DNA from: Octopus vulgaris
Lineage: Eukaryota
Reading direction: 5' to 3'
Assembly: GCA_951406725.2 (NCBI GenBank)
Contig: OX597827.1
Location: 27,342,001 to 27,406,000 of the forward strand
Length of the DNA: 64,000 nt
In this document: positions 11,080-26,827 of the stretch, piece by piece
Layout: the number at the start of each line of letters is the position of its first letter
Position numbering within the stretch: the first letter of the stretch is position 1
Translations under genes and position numbers: made by a program
The notes under the pieces: model-generated
The model's database searches: none
Told to the model about the DNA's origin: nothing
The model's input: the letters and a program-made list of their open reading frames with translations, nothing else

Positions 11080-14000
11080 GAGAGAGAGAGAGAAAGAAAG
11101 AAAGGAGACTGAGACAAAGAAAGAAAAAAGAAGAAAAACTTAAATGAAAATTGATTCATGCTTATCTTTGTATTGTTTTTAAAATTTTATTTTATTTTTA
11201 ATTTTTGTCATTATTATTTTAAATTATTTTATATTTGATATTTGTCTGCCCTTTTTTGTTTTAATTTTCAACCGATTTTTCTCTTTGTTCTTTTGTTTTT
11301 TTTTGTTCCTCTTTTTCTTTTCAATTTGTTTGTTTTATTTTGTTTTGTTCTATTTTGTTCCATTGTTTGATTGTTTTATTTTAAAGATATTATTATTATT
11401 ATTATTAAACTTTGAAGAAAGAATTATACAATGAATTGTTCTCAAAGTTCATCAATCCCCCCTCCTACTTATTATTTTTAATCATTATTATTATCAATTA
11501 TTAAAACAAATAAATAAATTAATTAAATTAAAATATTGAAAAATATATAAGTTCATACTTATTCATTAGCTGGCTAATATAATTGTTGACCTTAACTTAT
11601 GTTGACCTGAACTTATTTATTCATATCTAAAACACAAACTAGAAAAATACAACCCACCCCCTGGCTACAATCGAAATATATATATATATATATATACATA
11701 TATATAAAACCATATTTAGTATAGAATAAAACAGGGGTTAGTTTAAGTTATTTTATTATGAAATCATAAATTCCATAAGTTATACACGTGTTTCAGTACT
11801 ACTATGCTATGGTGAAATTGTTATGATTCGTATACTTATTTGTTTATTGAAAGAGATAGGCAAGAAAGACGGTTTTTTTTAGTGATAATCAATGCTCCAA
11901 CATCACTCATTTGTTGGTTTTAACTATTCCTAAGATTATATTATAATTGTGCTACTGTTCTGCTTTTGTTGTCTAACACAGAACTTTCTGGCTGAGAGAG
12001 GTTTAGAAGCAACTGTAACAAGTTAAGCTGTTGTTAAGAAGCAATCATGTTATTGCTTTGTTACCATCAATTCTGCTTGTATAATTCCTGTAACACAGTA
12101 CTTTCTGGTTTAGGCATTCGAAAAATGCTAGTCCATCATTCCTTGTCTGAAGATTGTTTTATGTATAATTAATTTGTGTGCAGACAGTTCTAGAATTGCT
12201 AATGAAAAACAGAATTTTCTGAATAAAATGTTAAAAATGAGCTCAATATCTAACAGACCCCGTTACGTGAAGACAGTTTTGGAATTTTCAGGGTTTTTAA
12301 AAACATTTTAAAGTAGTTTATGACTTTGATTTGTTCAAACAGGCTGTATTAGGATACTGCATATACAGAGATACCTATTATGATACAGGTCCAGCACCTA
12401 CTATAGTATGGAGTCGGCTGATACTATAGTACATAGTTGGATGATATGTCTTATATTCTAGGAATGCATTTGTATACCCAGTACCTCCATTTGGAAGCTT
12501 TAATTTTGTGGTTATGTAACTTTAGCCACCTCTGCTTAAAGACAGCTAGGGTATCGAGGTGGCTAGCAGATTGAACCCTTTGTGAAAGTGATCCTTTAGG
12601 TTCTGTTCTGGGAGTTTGAAGTGTATGATTCTTTGTTGTTGGATTTACACTGCCAGATCTTTCTGCAGAAGGCCTATTGTGCAAGAGTTGCTGTTACAAA
12701 GTGGTTAAAAGCACTAAAACATCTCACAATTAAATATTACACTCTACAATGTATGGACTGAATTACTTTGTCTGAGTAAATTTCCAATGAAGACAATTTT
12801 AGGGTTAAAAATGTGAAATTAAAAGTACACAGCCAGTAAAAGAACGGATATGATCTTCAATTCCATTTTGATCCTCAGTAAGGCCAGTGTACCTGAAGTG
12901 CATACTTTTATATTCAAAAATGCACACCTGTATAAACACGAAAACTATGGTGTCGTATTGACTAAAAGGATGTATAGTGTTGGTTAGTTAAACGTTATGT
13001 AACAGCATTTGACATATTCCAGTTTGTGTATATAAATGTATTTCGACTCGTAGTGGAGAACGTAAAAGAAGGAAAGGTTAAGGCCCTTGATCAGTAACTG
13101 GTTGTTCATCCAGTGAGGAAGATATGAAGAGATATGTTCTGTGGGTCAGTTTTGCTTGAGCTTCGTTTGATTGGCATTGAAGCTGTAGTCACCACGTCTT
13201 GATGGAGGATTTTATCCTATTCTAAGATTTAGGGACATAACTAAGATATGAAGGTGTCACTAAAAAATGCTGTTAACATGGGGTGTTAGTTGAGGGAAAT
13301 CCTGACAGTATTGTGGTACAAGTTCATAGAGTCACAATTACTGACTTGAGGCAGTAGCAAGAACTGAGAGTCTTGCTAAATGTTCAATGTATATAAAATG
13401 TGTGTGTGAGACTTGGATAGTGACTAAAATCTTAGTTTGAATTAATATATAAATACATATTCAATTTTAAAGATTTTATGAAATCTAATTTACATATATG
13501 GCAATTATTTAAATAAAAATCTATTTATATATCTTTTTTTTTATTTATATTAGAATCTTTCATTTCCTCGACCTTTTGGATCAATAAAATAAAGTACTAA
13601 TCAAGTACTACAGTTGATATAATTGACTGCTCCCCTTCCCTTAGATTTCTGGCCTTGTACTCAACAATTCTCATTTTAGGTATGAAAGTCACTTTTTATT
13701 TTAATAGAAAAAGAAATGTTGTTTTCTCATTCAATAGCTTTCCTATTTGCTCTGCGACTTGAAATTAATGTTGCCAATATCACACCTAGAAGTTATTTAT
13801 GGAATCTATTTTTTGGGGGTTGAAACTCATTTCTTTTTTATTTGAGCATGAAGGCTGGAGTTATAAATGAAGGGAAAACTATGTTTTATGGCATCTCTCA
13901 TGCCTTTCCCTTACAGTGAGGTATAAGAATATCTTTTCAAATATTCTCGTTCGTAGTAATCTGATGTTGACCATGCAAAGGACCAAAACGTGAAGTGCAT

Positions 14001-15768
14001 GCAAGTGAAACACAAAGTCACGCACACAGAAATATACGTGTACATCTGTGATTTCATTTGCCTTCTATGAAAGTTGTTCACTGTGAGTGGTGTTGTTATT
14101 GTTGTTGTCAGGTCTCAAATGATCTGCTCACGTCATGCTTCCAAAAGACATGTGAAATGAGAGATCCGTTACTTGTGAAAAGGAAAAAAGAAAAGGAAGG
14201 GTTAGTGACAGGAAGGACATCCAGCTATAAAATAATGCCTCAGTATATCTCACCCGTACACCCGTACTAGTATGGGAAAATAAAGGGAACATAAAAACGA
14301 AAAAACACAGATTTACACTCACACATATAATATACATATGCGTGTGTATATATATTCCTTTCTGCATGTTGTTGATGCTTATTGCTAAACCTCGCAAGTT
14401 GGAGATGGAAAAAGTGTTATCAACTTTATTGAGACATGGAATTCGGAGTTAGTGATATGCCACCACCACTCTCGCCATCGCCATCATAAATAGTAATAAT
14501 ATCAATAATGTATAACAACCAGCTATAATGAGGCAGATGTATGGCTTATGATACAGTATGTTATATTTGTTGATGTTATCAATCGCTATTGAGCAGAATC
14601 TCTCAACTGCCTATCACACCTGCCAACCCCATAATGTCATAAAATAAAAAAAAAAAATTAATCTGTGTCCTCTCAAGAAGCAGAAGAAAATCCTATTTTC
14701 GTTTTGGTTTTTTTTTTTATATATAATTTAAAAATTTTAATTATTTTTTTCATTTTCACGTGTGCTAAACTTGCGCCTATCAGATGTTCCTGTCCATACC
14801 GTTAATGCATTAATTAATTAATAAAAAAACTCACCGAAAATATATTTAAAAGCTAAAAGAAAACCCACAAAAATATAAGTATGCTGCTGGTGTGCCCTTT
14901 GTTTTTTTATATATTGTTTCAGGCAGAGCCCTTTACTAGAGGATAAATGCTGACCCTTTGGGATTACATTTTATTTTGATTAATAACAGTTCAGAAAAGC
15001 AAATGTTCGTGTCTGTGTGTGTGTGTGTGTGTGCGTGCGTGTGTGTGTGCGCGCATTGCAGGGAGATAAAAGCAATTATTGTAATGTTTAAGGGGCAGGA
15101 CCCCTCGTTGCAGAAGTAAATATTTTCTTTAGGCACACCATCAGTTCCATTATAAACTAGTACTGCCCGTGTCAATGCCAGTTGGAGATAGGGAAGTCGC
15201 TTGATCAGCTCTAGATAGTAGCCAAAGTTCCCTCAAAAATAGCACCCTAATGTCTTCAGAGATGACATGATACGAATTATTTAAACTACAGATATACAAA
15301 AAAATAGGAAAAAATAAATAAAAAGGTGACCAGCTCAACAGTGGAATGCTTTCATGATAAGGTCTGTGCAGTAATCAGGCAAACATGGAAAGTAAACTAT
15401 TACTGTGCCGCCACCACATGTAGCCTCGTCAGTCTTTAGTGCTTTTAATGCTGCGTTTCAAGTGTATAGCCAGTCGTTTATTCTACGTCCACAAATATAG
15501 ATGAGCAAATGAGCAATTGTTTTGAGAGATGCTGAGGTAGTGTAGTGTGCAAGTCAGGAGAAGAGGTGAACAGATGCATATATGATATATATATATATGT
15601 GTGTGTGTAAAAATATACGTGTGTGTGTGACCTTAAATGCTCCAGTCTCTCCTTGTTTTCCTTACTGTGACTTTTCCCTTGGACAAAGTTATTCCTTTAG
15701 CACTCGGTTTCACTGTTCTTGATTAAAACCTGGGTTGTCTTTTCATATACATATACATACACCCATAC

Positions 15769-15820
<52 letters not shown>

Positions 15821-15941
15821 GTATGTATATACATGTATATGTACACGCATACACTATACCTGATTATTTTCTGACATTGCTAACATTTCGACCTTGATCT
15901 GGTTGTATCATTAGATTATCTTCACTGACTTTATCATACCA

Positions 15942-15996
<55 letters not shown>

Positions 15997-17036
15997 GATT
16001 GAATATCAAATAATATAACTAAACCAGGTATTATTTGTTGGCCTGCCTTATTTAATAATCTGGTATGGTATCAATATTGAATACTGACAACTTTTAAAAT
16101 ATGTTAACACACAACAATACCATCGACTGGCCTGGTATTTCATATGAAAATTACTGCTGTGAAACTTTCGACACATGACACCTGCACAATTCCTTACCAA
16201 TTCAAAGGATGTGATATGATTATTTGAAGTCTTCTAATCTGACAAATGAATATCAATACAAAACAACCAAACTTGGAAGATGTTGTTTCCAATTATCTCA
16301 AAAATGTACCTTGGAGTTCCATGTATTTCCGACGACAAACGCATTCATTTGAAGTCCGCGTGTTACTAAGGCAAAATTTATCTTTACTTCTCAGCCTTGT
16401 TTCATCTTTAAAAAATTACCCCATTTTTTGAATACGTTTTAATACTGCAAGGAATCAATGTATTGCCCTTGGAAGGAAAAAAAATGGCAAATATATATAT
16501 GTCTATATCATTCTCTCTCTTTCTCGCTCTCCCAAGATACATATAATCTTAAGGAATATAATCTTCTCTCGGCAAGAAAAGAATGAAATATTGTCATATT
16601 TTTGATGGCTCCTTCTTCATATTTTCAATTTTACTTTTAATCATCTGGACAGAGATTCTGCGAGATTACAGGGGGAAAAATGAAAGAAAAAGGAAATTTA
16701 TGAAATGGTAAAATGATAGAAAGAAAGAAGACAAAAAAATTGAAGACAGTTTGTTCTGAACTTGGTAAACAGTCGATATATGTATCTGAGTGACTCTTAT
16801 TAACAGAAATGTGGATTCTTTGTGATTGTATCCGAAGTGAATAATTAATAAAGACTTTATATATTTTTAATCTTTTAAAACCTAACAAGAATAAGAACAA
16901 CAAAACTAAGACAGTAATATCATCAACAAAATATGTTTGATATTCTTAACATTTCTTCACATTTGTTGCTATGATCGATTAAGAAAAAAAATGCAAAAAA
17001 AAATAATAATAATATAAAAAAACAATTATGATAATG

Positions 17037-17068
<32 letters not shown>

Positions 17069-18292
17069 TCGAGGCAGGACGACTAAGCAACTCATTCAAA
17101 TCTTTAGTCATTTCTGAAGAAGAACAAAAATTTTTGGGAACTTGGAAAAGATGTGTTTGGAACAGTTGTGGTGAGGGAGGAGATATCCTGGGTAGGATTT
17201 CAGAAATGACTACAGAATTTCATTGTTAATAATTGCTAAACTAAAAGAGAAAAAAATCAACAAAATACGAAACTCTCTCTCTCTCTCTCTTCCGTTTCTA
17301 TCCATGTGTCATTGTTCCAGTTTTTCTCTTGTGTTCTTTGCTTTTACCATGATGATGATTCTCTTTTATGTCTTCTTATTTCCGTTTATCTTTTGATTTG
17401 GTTTAAGATGGCCACTACAAACTCATAAATGTCTTTTTTTCCTTTAATATTCCGGCAGAAGAAAAAAAAAACCCTCAACAACAACAACAGCATCAAAACA
17501 TTAACTGATTTATTTATTTATTGTTTTTAATATTATTTTCAAACAAAATCTTGCAAGGCCTAAAGTTATAGATTAAGAGAATATCGAAGCAGTTTACCAA
17601 ATCTTAGAAAACCAAGAAATACGAAACAAATGACAGGACATTTTGAATAATAAGAATGGGAAAAAAATGGTAATATAAAAATAAATAAAATTTAAATAAA
17701 CCAACAAATAATAATAATAGTTATAATAAATTATTTTAATACCTTATTGTAGTTTGGTTCCCTCTAAATTGTGGTTCGTTAAAACGAATAGGACAGTTTT
17801 TATTCGTCCTAAGAATTGTATATTTTGAACTAATGCTTACGTCAAATAACAACGTCATTAAATACTGAAAGCAGAAAAGAATGAAAAAAGAATCCTGGGT
17901 CTTTAAATTGAAACCTTACCCAGAACCAACAAAATTATGAGATCAATTAATAGAAAATTTCCCCAAAAATTTAGCAAAATAAAAATGGAAAGATAAAAGG
18001 AAAAAAAAACTTAATATTTGTGAATTCCATTAGATTACGAATTTGCTCTTTGTAATCAACTTAGCTACATTGCGAAAATAAGGAATATAAGACAACTCCT
18101 CTCTCTATCTCTCCCTCTCTCTAATTTGTGATGACAAATAGTGGTGTCGTTTTTCCTTTCGTTTTTTTTTTCTCTGAAAAATTCCAAAGACTCATTGCTT
18201 GACTCACCATCAACAGTAGACATAGGTATGAAAATATTTTTGCAACCAACTGTATTCCCCCCTCTCCCCACGTATAACAATTATTATTATTT

Positions 18293-18505
18293 AAGGCGGT
18301 GAGCTGGCAGAATCGTTGGCACGCCGGGCGAAATGCTTAGCAGTAGTTCGTCTGCCGCTGCGTTCTGAGTTCAAATTCCGCCGAGGTTGACTTTGCCTCT
18401 CATCCTTTCAGGGTCGATAAAATAAGTACCAGTTGAATACTGAGATCGAATTTATCGACTTGTCCCTTCCCTACAAAATTTCGGGCCTTGTCCCTATAAT
18501 AGAAA
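18293..18505 (+). mobile_element. Near full-length SINE family A copy
   Basis: Head aaggcggtgagctggcagaatcgtt, B-box gagttcaaattcc, and central ccgaggttgactttgcctctcatcctttcagggtcgataaaataagtaccag, which resembles the Deu/Nin-type SINE core as I recall it. Confidence 0.9.
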
Positions 18506-18925
18506 GAAATATTCTTTTCTTCAAATAAAAATTTTGAAATAAACATAAAAATTATGAGAAAGATGTAGAAAAAATCAAAATATTTTGAAATTAACAGACA
18601 CTAGCCTGGAATACAACAAGAAAAAAAAACAAAAAAACAACACAAAAGGCAATTTGGTTTCACTCCCCTTCCTAGTGAACTCTTCTTTTTGCTACATGAT
18701 GGAGTATAACAAACTATTATAGACTTGTTAAAAATTTCTTTGACAGTATTTTTGTTTGTTTGTTTCAAGGCGTTTTCAGTAACATGGAAACCTCATTGAA
18801 TAACTTAACTTGTATATGCTTCTTCTGTTTTTTTTCTTTTTTTTTCTTTCTTCTCTCAGCCAGTGTCTGTGATGAAAGTGTACATGGCTATTTTACACAT
18901 ATATGTGTGAATGTGTGTGCATAAT

Positions 18926-18988
<63 letters not shown>

Positions 18989-19038
18989 TTCTCCAACATG
19001 GCCGCAGTTAAATGACTGAAAGAAGTAAGATAATTAAT

Positions 19039-19097
<59 letters not shown>

Positions 19098-20385
19098 TAT
19101 ATATATATATGTGTATTATATAAATATGACATATATATATGCGTGTGTGTGTGTGTGTGTGTGCATCTGTCACAAAATATCAGCATTCTATTACGCGTTG
19201 CGTATGGAAGGGTTTGTCAAAAATCGAAAATTTATCTCTCTCTCTTTCTCTATCTCTATCTATCTTTCTATCTGTCAATTTATCTTTCTTTCGGCCTCCC
19301 TAAACTAGGAATTCATATTGTTATTAAACTAGGCAGCAAATTATGCAAAATGAATCTAGTGAAGAATTTCAAAATTATAAGGCTTGGGGTAAATTCTAAG
19401 ATGCGAAATACCTGTGGTGAAATTTTCATTTTTTTCCTTCCTTTTATTTTTAGGTTGTTGCCAAACTTCGAATTGCTACCGAACTAAATCGCACCCCCAC
19501 ACTCTCCCCCTCTTTCTCTGTCCCGCCTGTCTCTGTCATATGTATATATGGCATATGGATAAATAAATACCTCTTAGGAACATTTCTTTAGAGCTACACC
19601 CTAAATTTTCTAAGTAAGTATGTAAACAAAATGAAAGTAAAGAGCAGTTCGAAATCTTCGATTGTAACGAAAACATATATTTCAATTATTATAGGGAAAT
19701 TTACAATTTTATTTTTGCAATGTGCAAAACTTTACACAAAGAAAAATAGGAAAAAGCCCAAAGTTTTTCATTGAAAAATAATAAGTTTTCTTGAAAAAAT
19801 CTTCAGAAAGGAACTAATTTTTAAAATATATTCATTTGAATTATTTCAGTGTTTCAGAGAGAGAGAGAGAGAGAGGGGGGATAAATAATTTTAAAAATAG
19901 TTTTTTAATACTTTCAGTTTTATCGAAAAGTTTGACAACGTACATCTGTCCAATATTGCGAATCCTTTATGATTTACGTATGTACATATAAAAAGACGAA
20001 ATGGCATTTAAACTTACAGACAGCCAATAAGAACAATAATATGCATTTCTGGTCTTTAAATAGCATATCTAGAGTTTATATATTAATTATAATATTTATA
20101 TTTACTTTGTGCTGTGATAGGTTTTATATCCAGTCGTCATCAGGTGTCTTCATTCTGGATGAATTTATATATCGTTTCCCAGCTTGAATCTGATATAGAA
20201 CCCTTTATTTTCTATCCTAAGGATAATCAGAAATTATACAAATACAAATAATTGAGCCGTAGATATAAATACTGAATTTTTTCCCTAAATGTAGCGTTAA
20301 TAAACCTTAAAATTAATCTTATTAACGCTCCTTTATCTCAGATATTATTAACAGCCACTTATCTGAAGCGGTTAACTTAAAGATG

Positions 20386-20450
<65 letters not shown>

Positions 20451-21305
20451 ATCTAATCTAGTCTGTTTAGTCTTTAGCTCTATCTCTAACGTTAGAAAGG
20501 ATTTAATCGAGGGATTACCTTCATCTTAGAACTTTAGATTTCAGATTAATGAACGTGGAAGAAGGGCCAGATTATATATATGTGTGTGTGTATGTATACA
20601 TACATATATATATAAACACACATATACATATATGTATGTATATGTGTATATATAAGTTCTCTTTAATTTAATGTGTTGCTGCAATGTCAGGAAGTAGTAC
20701 TTAGTGTTTAAAAGGAGAAATTCTTATCCTTTTAGTAAAGATATTCTGTGTTCCGTTTCGTTAGAGTGCTGTATTATTCTCTCTTGACCTTGAAACAATG
20801 AAAACTTTCCTTTCTCGAGGAAAGAACTGAAAAGCAGAAAAAAAATAAGACATGATCTTTTACTTCCGCTGGATTTCGAATTTACTCTAAGGCTTGTGGT
20901 CTAACTCCTTGCTTTGGAAAGATCTATTTAGTGACCCAGCATACCGGAAAGCATATTGCGGGGATTTTGATAGGGCAATCTGTGTGCATCTCTGCAGACA
21001 TTTCTTTCTTTTAAGCCTTCAGCATTGTGTGTGTGTTTAACGTTCTGTTTTGTCATCCACAAGCATAATCAATCTATACAGTGTGGTTAACTAAGGGTGA
21101 TGATAAATATATATACATGTATGTATATATATTGTATATCTATGTGTATGTATGTATATATACGTATATCTGTGTATATATGTATATGTGTATATATATG
21201 TGTGTATATATATATATATATGTATATATATTTATATACATATAAATGTATATATATGTATGTGTATATATATATATATGCGTATCTATATTTATATATA
21301 TACGC

Positions 21306-21366
<61 letters not shown>

Positions 21367-23649
21367 AGAACTGACGACTCGTTCTAAGTGATATGGAGAA
21401 TGTTTCCAACGACCAATTATCTTCGTAGTTAAAAGCTCTCGTTTTTAGAGAGAAAGGAAGAGAGAGTGAAAATTACGCAAAATTCATGATAGAAATTTAA
21501 ACGCGACAATCTACTTTTGCGTATCGCGTGTTGTTTTAAGAATTTATAAAATAACCGATTCGTTTATCGGATATTCTGATTTTGAAAAACCTGATTCATC
21601 ATGAATTCCAAGCCGTCTTGGAGCCAATTGTTTGGATACGTCTTTCAAGCATGATTCGTATTCAAGAAGTTTGTCAGATGAAGTATCTCGTTGACAAAAT
21701 TTCAGCTATAATTTTCGTGGTTGTCGTGGTGGATACACAATATTTTAAATTAGTTGATACAAAGAAAGGATCGGAATCGCAGATATCTTTGTGAAAAATC
21801 GTATGCTGTCTAAAGCGACGCAATATCGTTATTCTTTTTTTTTTCAGTTGAAAAGCCATATTTTTTATTTATTTTAATTCCACTTCAAGAAAACTCATTT
21901 TTATGAAAAAAAAAAAAAGAATCTGAAAATATTCTGCAAAAAGACAAAACGAAACTTTCGGCTTATATGTCTTTAATTACGATGACGACAAATATGTATT
22001 AAAATCCCTTCCACCCCTCTCCCCTCCCTCCCATTTTTTCTGAAAGGAACCATTAATCTTTGACTCTACAAGAGGCACCAGGGAGAATATTTTTTACCCT
22101 TCAAACATATTGATATTCGTCAAATATATATAAATATAAAAAAAAAGAACAGCCAAAATCTTCAAATACCTTGTGGTGTCTTTTTACTTCCATTTGTGCT
22201 CATCAAATATGGCTTCCATTCTAAAAAAGTAAACATCGCATACTATTATTATTATTATTATTATTACTTTATACTCTTGACGTTCGTGAGTGTGTTCGTG
22301 TAATTAGTTGTGAAATATTTAAACTGAACCACCGGAAATAAACAGAAATGAGAATGGAACAACATTCTTGGACAGAAACTTAAGACAAACGAATATTTAT
22401 ATAAACTCTATACGTAGAACAAAACAACTTGGTAACTAAGTCATAACTTGAAAACGAATGTATTTCAAAATAATGGAATGGTTAAATACTTTACAAAGCG
22501 CAGGCTTTGAGGCCTACACTCTCAATTTTATTGAGTTTCACTACTATTAACTACTAATACAACTAATGATACCGCTACGAGACATCGTTGTAGTAGTTTA
22601 CCAATAGCTATAACTTTTCTTCGTCTTCTTGAAGTAATCATATCGGGATCTATGATGAAAAAGAAGTCGAGGAAAAGTGGCTACAATTTTTTTTTCACAC
22701 TTCGAAATCCTTCCTTTTTAGTAGGAAGTTCGAAAACTGTTGTTGTCTTGGCATTTTAAAAAGTTTCTTGCAGTCAGCTGCGACTGTAAATACCTTTTTG
22801 ATGTTGAAGACTGAAACCCGTATGAAGAAACTAGAAGACATGAGATTAAAATGTCTTTGAAAATTAAGGTTCCCGCTATATTGATATTTTCTGATTGGAA
22901 ATTCGATTGCAATTTAAGTCAATGCTTCTAGCATTAAATGCATATAACACGGGCCATTGGTTTACGTGGCCTCGACTGTGTCAAAATAAAATCGCGTTGT
23001 AAATTGTCGTTTTATCTACATGGACACCTACTAAAAGTGGTTTCAATGTCGATATTCAATCTGTATAGTGCAAAGTTACTGTCGCAAAGCGATCTTGCTT
23101 CATAAGGAATCTTGAAATGCGTAGTGCAGGATCGTGACCAATATAGGCTTTTGTATGTAGAACGAGGTCACTATTACATACAAACATTCATACTTATATA
23201 TATATATATATACGTGTGTATGTATGTATATATGTATAAACTCCATTCGACACGAGGGCAGTAAAAACGTAGGAAATTATGTTTGGTGGACTGATACATG
23301 TAGTTGTCAGCGTGGGGAACCGAATGGAAGAACGTATTGCGAAACTGATATACAAGCGCTTCGTCAATAAAATAGTCTCCCTGTCCAGTCGGCTTGACTG
23401 TTTGGTGGCTCATCATGCTGCTATGTCATTCCTTCACGAACCATACCAGAGCACACTCCATGGTAGGATTTTTTTTCGCTTCAAATAACTGCAGTGTATA
23501 TTCTAATACCCACATTGATAAATAATATGTTTTAATAACCATATTTTTAAAGATTTCCGCCAACTCTCATATAGAAATGGGTGATATCGAAAATGTCTTC
23601 TGCAGTGTGTCCGTGTATATATATATATATATATATATATGGTGGAAGA

Positions 23650-23921
23650 AGTAGAAAGATAAATATTTTTTTCAATGTATAGATAAATACTAAGCAGTAT
23701 ATATATAAAGGATAAAATCCTTTTTTCTTTTTAAAGCAGAAAAATTTGTCGGCAGCCAAATACTGCGTTCTACGTTCGTAGGTTTACCCGGAGTTTCTGC
23801 TGTACTCCTCATGGTTGACTGCCAAAAATTCTTCTGCCTTAAAAAGAAAAAAGGATCTTATCCTTGATATATATATATACTGTTCAGTATCTATGCGTTC
23901 AATAATGTTTATCTTTCTACT
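23650..23921. mobile_element. MITE-like inverted repeat with arms of about 110 bp
   Basis: 23650-23759 is an imperfect reverse complement of 23815-23921 (aaggataaaatccttttttctttttaaagcagaa / ttctgccttaaaaagaaaaaaggatcttatcctt). Confidence 0.75.
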
Positions 23922-23970
23922 CGTTGTACTATACATTTCAACGATTCGAAAACAAACTTGTAATACAGCG

Positions 23971-24034
<64 letters not shown>

Positions 24035-24268
24035 TATAAATATATAGATGTGTGTGTTGTGTACTACATCTGTATCGTTACTCAGTGCTGTAATGTCTAA
24101 CTTGTGAGTAGACGGTACGGCACTGTACTATTTCTATATTGCGTTCTACGGTGGTAAGTTTACCCGGAGTTTCTGCTGTGCTCCTTGGTAGCATATCTCG
24201 CAGAACTTCAAACTTTGGCTCTGTTTCAAACGGAAATATATGTTGCCGTGATGGCCGCTTAAATATAC

Positions 24269-24311
<43 letters not shown>

Positions 24312-24547
24312 TACACACACATATATATACACATACATTTATATACATGCATATGTTGACCTCATTAATTTGCCAAATTTTACCGTTTTAATATCATTAA
24401 TATTTTTTTTTACAATTCTTTCGTAACAAATGTTTTTCCGGCATCTTTTCTCATTTGTCATGTAATACGAAGGATATCGGAATAATGGCGTCAGCGGATC
24501 AATCCCATCGGAATTTTCCCACCAGTTCCATACCATCATCATCATCG

Positions 24548-24593
<46 letters not shown>

Positions 24594-24644
24594 TATTATT
24601 ATTAATATTATCATTATTATTTTAGTTATTTTCATTCTGGAATG

Positions 24645-24855
24645 TCAAGGCGGTAATCTAGCGTTAGTACGTCGGACAAAATGCTTAGCAGCATTTCTTT
24701 CGGCTCTTTATGTTCTGAACTCAAATTCCGCCGAGGTCGACTTGACCTTTCGTTCTCCTGAAATCGATAAAATAAGTACCAGTTAAGTACTGGGGTCGTT
24801 AAATTCGACTTTCCCCTCCCCTCAAAACTGATGGCCCTGTGCCAAAATTTTAAAA
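24645..24855 (+). mobile_element. SINE family A copy
   Basis: aaatgcttagcagcatttc...caaattccgccgaggtcgac...gataaaataagtaccag. Confidence 0.8.
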
Positions 24856-24956
24856 CATTATTATTAATAATAGTATTATTATTAATATTATTAATAATAT
24901 TATTATTATTAATATCATTATTAATAGTATTATTAATGTTATTATTATTATTTTTA

Positions 24957-24994
<38 letters not shown>

Positions 24995-25400
24995 TGTATA
25001 CAATGACACATGCCGAAATACACATTACTTACAGACATATTCACATTTAAATTATAATAAAAATGGGTTTTTTTTCTTCAATTTTCAATCTTTTATTTTT
25101 ATTATTAATATTTTTCTTTGTGGGTGTAAAAAAACACTAAAAAAAAAAGAAAAACAACAAACAATTCTGTCTAGGAGAAAGGAAGTGAACGAGCGATAAA
25201 AAAAAATTTAAAAAGTAGCGTGACACGAGAACTGCCATAGAATTCTTGCCAGGTATTTCACCATTTCATCAGCTAATTTTCTGTAGACACTAGTTCTTGT
25301 TTCTGACTTCAGATTAAACACTTCATACAAGAACTACGTTTTAGTTGCATAACCACAAACTGGAATCTATAACAATGTATTTATTACATGTGCGATATGA

Positions 25401-25436
<36 letters not shown>

Positions 25437-26009
25437 GTCAGAACAGAGGGAGGAAGGTGGGCTAGTCGGCATGGGCTATTGATTTTGAAGTGGCCTACTC
25501 CACCTGTTAGAATCAAAGAAATCAGACTTTGGTAAGGAATTACCATTTATTCTTCTTTCTCTTCTGAATCGTTCTAGTTCTCTCGTTCTGTTCTGTTCCT
25601 TGTATGTCTATCATATACACCACATGCAAAGATATTATTTATTGTACTGAAATACTTAAAAAAACTGTTGTTTGGGGTTGTTGTTTTTTTTAAAATAAGG
25701 CCCATGTTTTTTATCCGGCCTGCGTCTATTTCCAGCCTTGCTTTTTTTTTGTAATATATGTTTATTATATCAAAAGATGACGATAGTTTACTCAAATTTT
25801 CGCCTCGTGGCAGGGGCTATTCATGATGGTTGGGAACAGCTCAGCCTAGAAGGAATCTCGGAGGAGACTGATACTCGACTTTTGATTTAATGCACATACA
25901 TCCACTGTATTGAGTTCTCTGTCGGACTTATGTCTGCAATATGTAAAATATGTCTTACAACTCCCGTATCACCACACACATCCACACATTCACTCACACA
26001 CACACATGC

Positions 26010-26056
<47 letters not shown>

Positions 26057-26139
26057 GCATATATGTGTGTGTACATGCATATATGGAAGTATATACTTGC
26101 AGAGGAATGCATGTATATATGTATACATATATATATATA

Positions 26140-26219
<80 letters not shown>

Positions 26220-26827
26220 CATATTTATATATATATATGTATGCATATATATACACACATATATATGTACATATATTACATGCGTGTGTATATACATGTG
26301 TCTTTGTATAACAGGCACACGTACAGAAAGGAGATAGTCTAAATATATGAAATATATGTAAAGTTTATTTACTTGTTGGAATTTGCTCTGTAGCTACTCC
26401 GACTTTCACATAGCTGTTTGCATTGCTTCAGGCGAGAAACCACTCACAAGTAAGACGCAACGGAACAAATTATCAGCTTCGAACCAACAACTTTAATCAA
26501 TTAAAAGTACTCGGCTTAATACGGTTTATCACCCACTTTGCTATTATGTTCTCATACTGCAGGTGTCCCTGAGCATATTCTTCTGTTCTTTATATGTATG
26601 TCAGTACGCATGTGTATATATATATATATATAAAGTATGAATATGTATTTGAGTACTCGATTCTGTAAAGGGTTGTCGAAGTAAAGATTACTCTAAATCA
26701 TAAAGGTTTATATCCATCACTTATTCTAAATTAATTTAATTAATTAAATTTGTTAGCTAAATAAGACAGTCATAAAGGTGTCTGATGCTTATCATACAAC
26801 CACACCGTAGACCGTAAAAGAACAAGC

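Noticed and set aside
23230-23400. Mariner transposase C-terminal remnant (GDYF on the minus strand)
   Set aside because: The similarity is too short to support a call.
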